Positions 61,983 to 64,000 of a stretch of 64,000 nt of DNA are shown one piece after another. Made by a program: the position numbers and the translations under genes. The notes beneath the pieces were generated by a model, which saw nothing but the letters and a program-made list of their open reading frames with translations, was not told the origin of the DNA and ran no database searches. This DNA is from Azolla caroliniana (lineage: Eukaryota > Plantae > Polypodiophyta): assembly GCA_043228905.1 (NCBI GenBank), contig JBHGNT010000015.1, positions 682,001-746,000 on the forward strand, in the 5' to 3' direction. Each line of letters opens with the position of its first letter. Position 1 is the first letter of the stretch.

Positions 61983-62530
61983 ACAAGACACAACTTAGAA
62001 AGGTTAAGTTGATTGTGTTTAGAGAATTGTGTTGTGGAAGAATAAAAGTGTTTAGTTTGGGGACATGTCTCAGAAATTGCGTAAAGAGGAATAAGTGTAG
62101 ATAGGAAAAGGATTACAATTACAAGACACAACTTAGAAAGGTTAAGTTGATTGTGTTTAGAGAATTGTGTTGTGGAAGAATAAAAGTGTTTAGTTTGGGG
62201 ACATGTCTCAGAAATTGCGTAAAGAGGAATCCGTGTAGATAGGAAAAGGATTACAATTACAAGACACAACTTAGAAAGGTTAAGTTGATTGTGTTTAGAG
62301 AATTGTGTTGTGGAAGAATAAAAGTGTTTAGTTTGGGGACATGTCTCAGAAATTGCGTAAAGAGGAATCCGTGTAGATAGGAAAAGGATTACAATTACAA
62401 GACACAACTTAGAAAGGTTACTTTGATTGTGTTCAGAGAATTATGCGATCAAAAGCTAAAAGTAGTTATTTCGGGGTCATGTCAAGAAATTGCATAAAGA
62501 GGAATTTGTGTACACAGGAAAAGGAATTCA
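61983..62530. repeat. Tandem array, 3 near-identical + 1 diverged x 138 bp
   Basis: 'acaagacacaacttagaaaggtta' at 61983, 62121, 62259 and 62397. Confidence 0.95.
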
Positions 62531-63328
62531 ATAATAAGGTTATGACTTCATACTAAATATATTGGAATTTTATATGCATGATGTTTGTTTATTATGTTCA
62601 GACGTCGGTGGTGTAAACATGGACTATTTAATATGAAAGAAGAAAAAAAACGTGATATTAAGTGCTAAACCATTATGTGGAAGTGTTCCTATATAACATA
62701 TAAGTGAATTTAAATGTCTCGACAAACTAATGCTCAATAGCTTCACAATGTTATGTTCTTCCAATTTCAAACCTCAAGTAAGTGAATGTAGACGGGCAAT
62801 TGTGAACACATTTGTTAACATTACTATCTTGCTTTTATGCATAGTAACAACAAAAAGGCGTCACAACAATGACATTGTCAAAATTCCCATGACACCCATG
62901 TGTGGGAATCATACCATTAATGTTGAGTTCATTGTTGGTGTAACCTACTTAACACACTACAATGGGTTGCACCAATTGTTCATTGTTATGAGGATAATTT
63001 GGAATACACCCTATCAATGGTGAAATGGGCAAGGAGGATGCCAAACACTCTCAAGCATGTCAATGGAGTGAATTAGCAAATGGTCTTCCCAACCTCACTC
63101 TTACACTCGAAATTACTTAATGGAAAATATGCTCACAAAAGAGACTTCATTCATTATTAATACAAGAAATCAATTATGATAGCAACTATTATTAATAAAA
63201 TCTGGAAATCAACCACGATTGTATGCAAGAAGTTGAGGTCAAACATATATGGCTTGAGCTACGATTATCAAGGAGGGCCAAAGGTTGTGCGTGAGAGAGA
63301 GATAGATAGATTATATCATCGTCTTCAA

Positions 63329-63770
63329 AGGTCAAATATGACCTATGAGACCAAAAATATTACATTTCACGTGATACATGTGAAAGTGAGTAGCGACTCT
63401 CGATGTTCAAGAACTTTACCAATGAATGTTGCAATTGAGAGTGCACATTGTGGTTATGAGAGAAATTTGTGCAAGTATTGGGCTTGGTCAAAGATGTGTG
63501 GAAAGCATGGTCGAATATGATCAAAGGCAGAGCATTGTATCAAAGTATGATACTCATACTCTCAAATTTGTTTAGGGCAAAGTGTGTATAGTCGACCACT
63601 CTCATCACTTGTGCCCCAATGCCCCTCTCGCACCAGAATGCATGTGAGCTAAGTTACATAGAAGCAATGGTTTGAATGGCAGACAATGACATGTATCCAT
63701 GTGTACAGTTTCCTTGTCCCGCAAAGAATATGGTTTTGTAGTTATGTGCAACATGTGTAGTATAATGTCC
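63329..63770 (+). repeat. Dispersed repeat, copy of ~35747-36210
   Basis: See the 35747 feature. Confidence 0.85.
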
Positions 63771-63772
63771 TC

Positions 63773-63777
63773 TGTGT

Positions 63778-63808
<31 letters not shown>

Positions 63809-63840
63809 GGGGGGGGGAGAGAGAGAGAAAGAAAGAGAGA
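63773..63840. repeat. Compound (TG)n-poly(G)-(AG)n tract
   Basis: Direct reading. Confidence 0.85.
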
Positions 63841-64000
63841 GGTTTACTCCATATGTTCAAAATGTCGAATGACGAGATGGATATCATATTTTAATTCTCA
63901 CGTTATTAGGGGCTATAACAATATTGGAATATGCACAATGTTTTTCATGTTTGATGGTAGACACGGGGAAAGAGAGAGGTTTACTCCATATGTTCAAAAT

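Noticed and set aside
61961-62407. 148-aa repetitive ORF as a secreted peptide precursor
   Set aside because: Explained by a 3n-length DNA tandem unit with no synonymous-biased divergence.
63792-63818. Poly-G run (and 4261-4290) as a functional G-quadruplex
   Set aside because: A simple-sequence tract in repeat context; homopolymer length is unreliable and there is no supporting evidence.

Overview
Eukaryotic land-plant nuclear DNA: intron-containing genes in a heavily decayed retrotransposon landscape. A fern-like or other large-genome plant is plausible, but this is an impression only. Five host genes can be modelled by hand. (1) The last two exons of a TruA-family tRNA pseudouridine synthase (+, 165-554). 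(2) A three-exon SBP-box/SPL transcription factor (+, 8275-13232) with a variant miR156/529 site. (3) A USP-domain-type receptor-like cytoplasmic kinase (-, 26694 to ~34960) with intact kinase exons and decayed first exons. (4) A six-exon conserved plant protein 'MAGREVREYTNLSDPKD...' (-, 50752-54280) containing a U12-type AT-AC intron. (5) A KPPRPP-motif tail-anchored membrane protein (-, 58346-58925). Between them lie Copia, Gypsy, L1 and RTE remnants, a near full-length L1 inserted in an LTR, a Mutator-like MITE with a perfect 9-bp TSD, and several tandem arrays. The most unusual structures are a ~1.15-kb Copia-derived inverted repeat just downstream of the SPL gene, a TG...CA-ended fold-back element with an inferred 5-bp TSD (Ginger-like architecture), an LTR-end-derived 308-bp tandem array, and a ~2.4-kb decayed intronless coding region I cannot assign. 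All alignments were done by eye and no database searches were run. I do not see clear evidence of a wholly new biological system; the findings are candidates.
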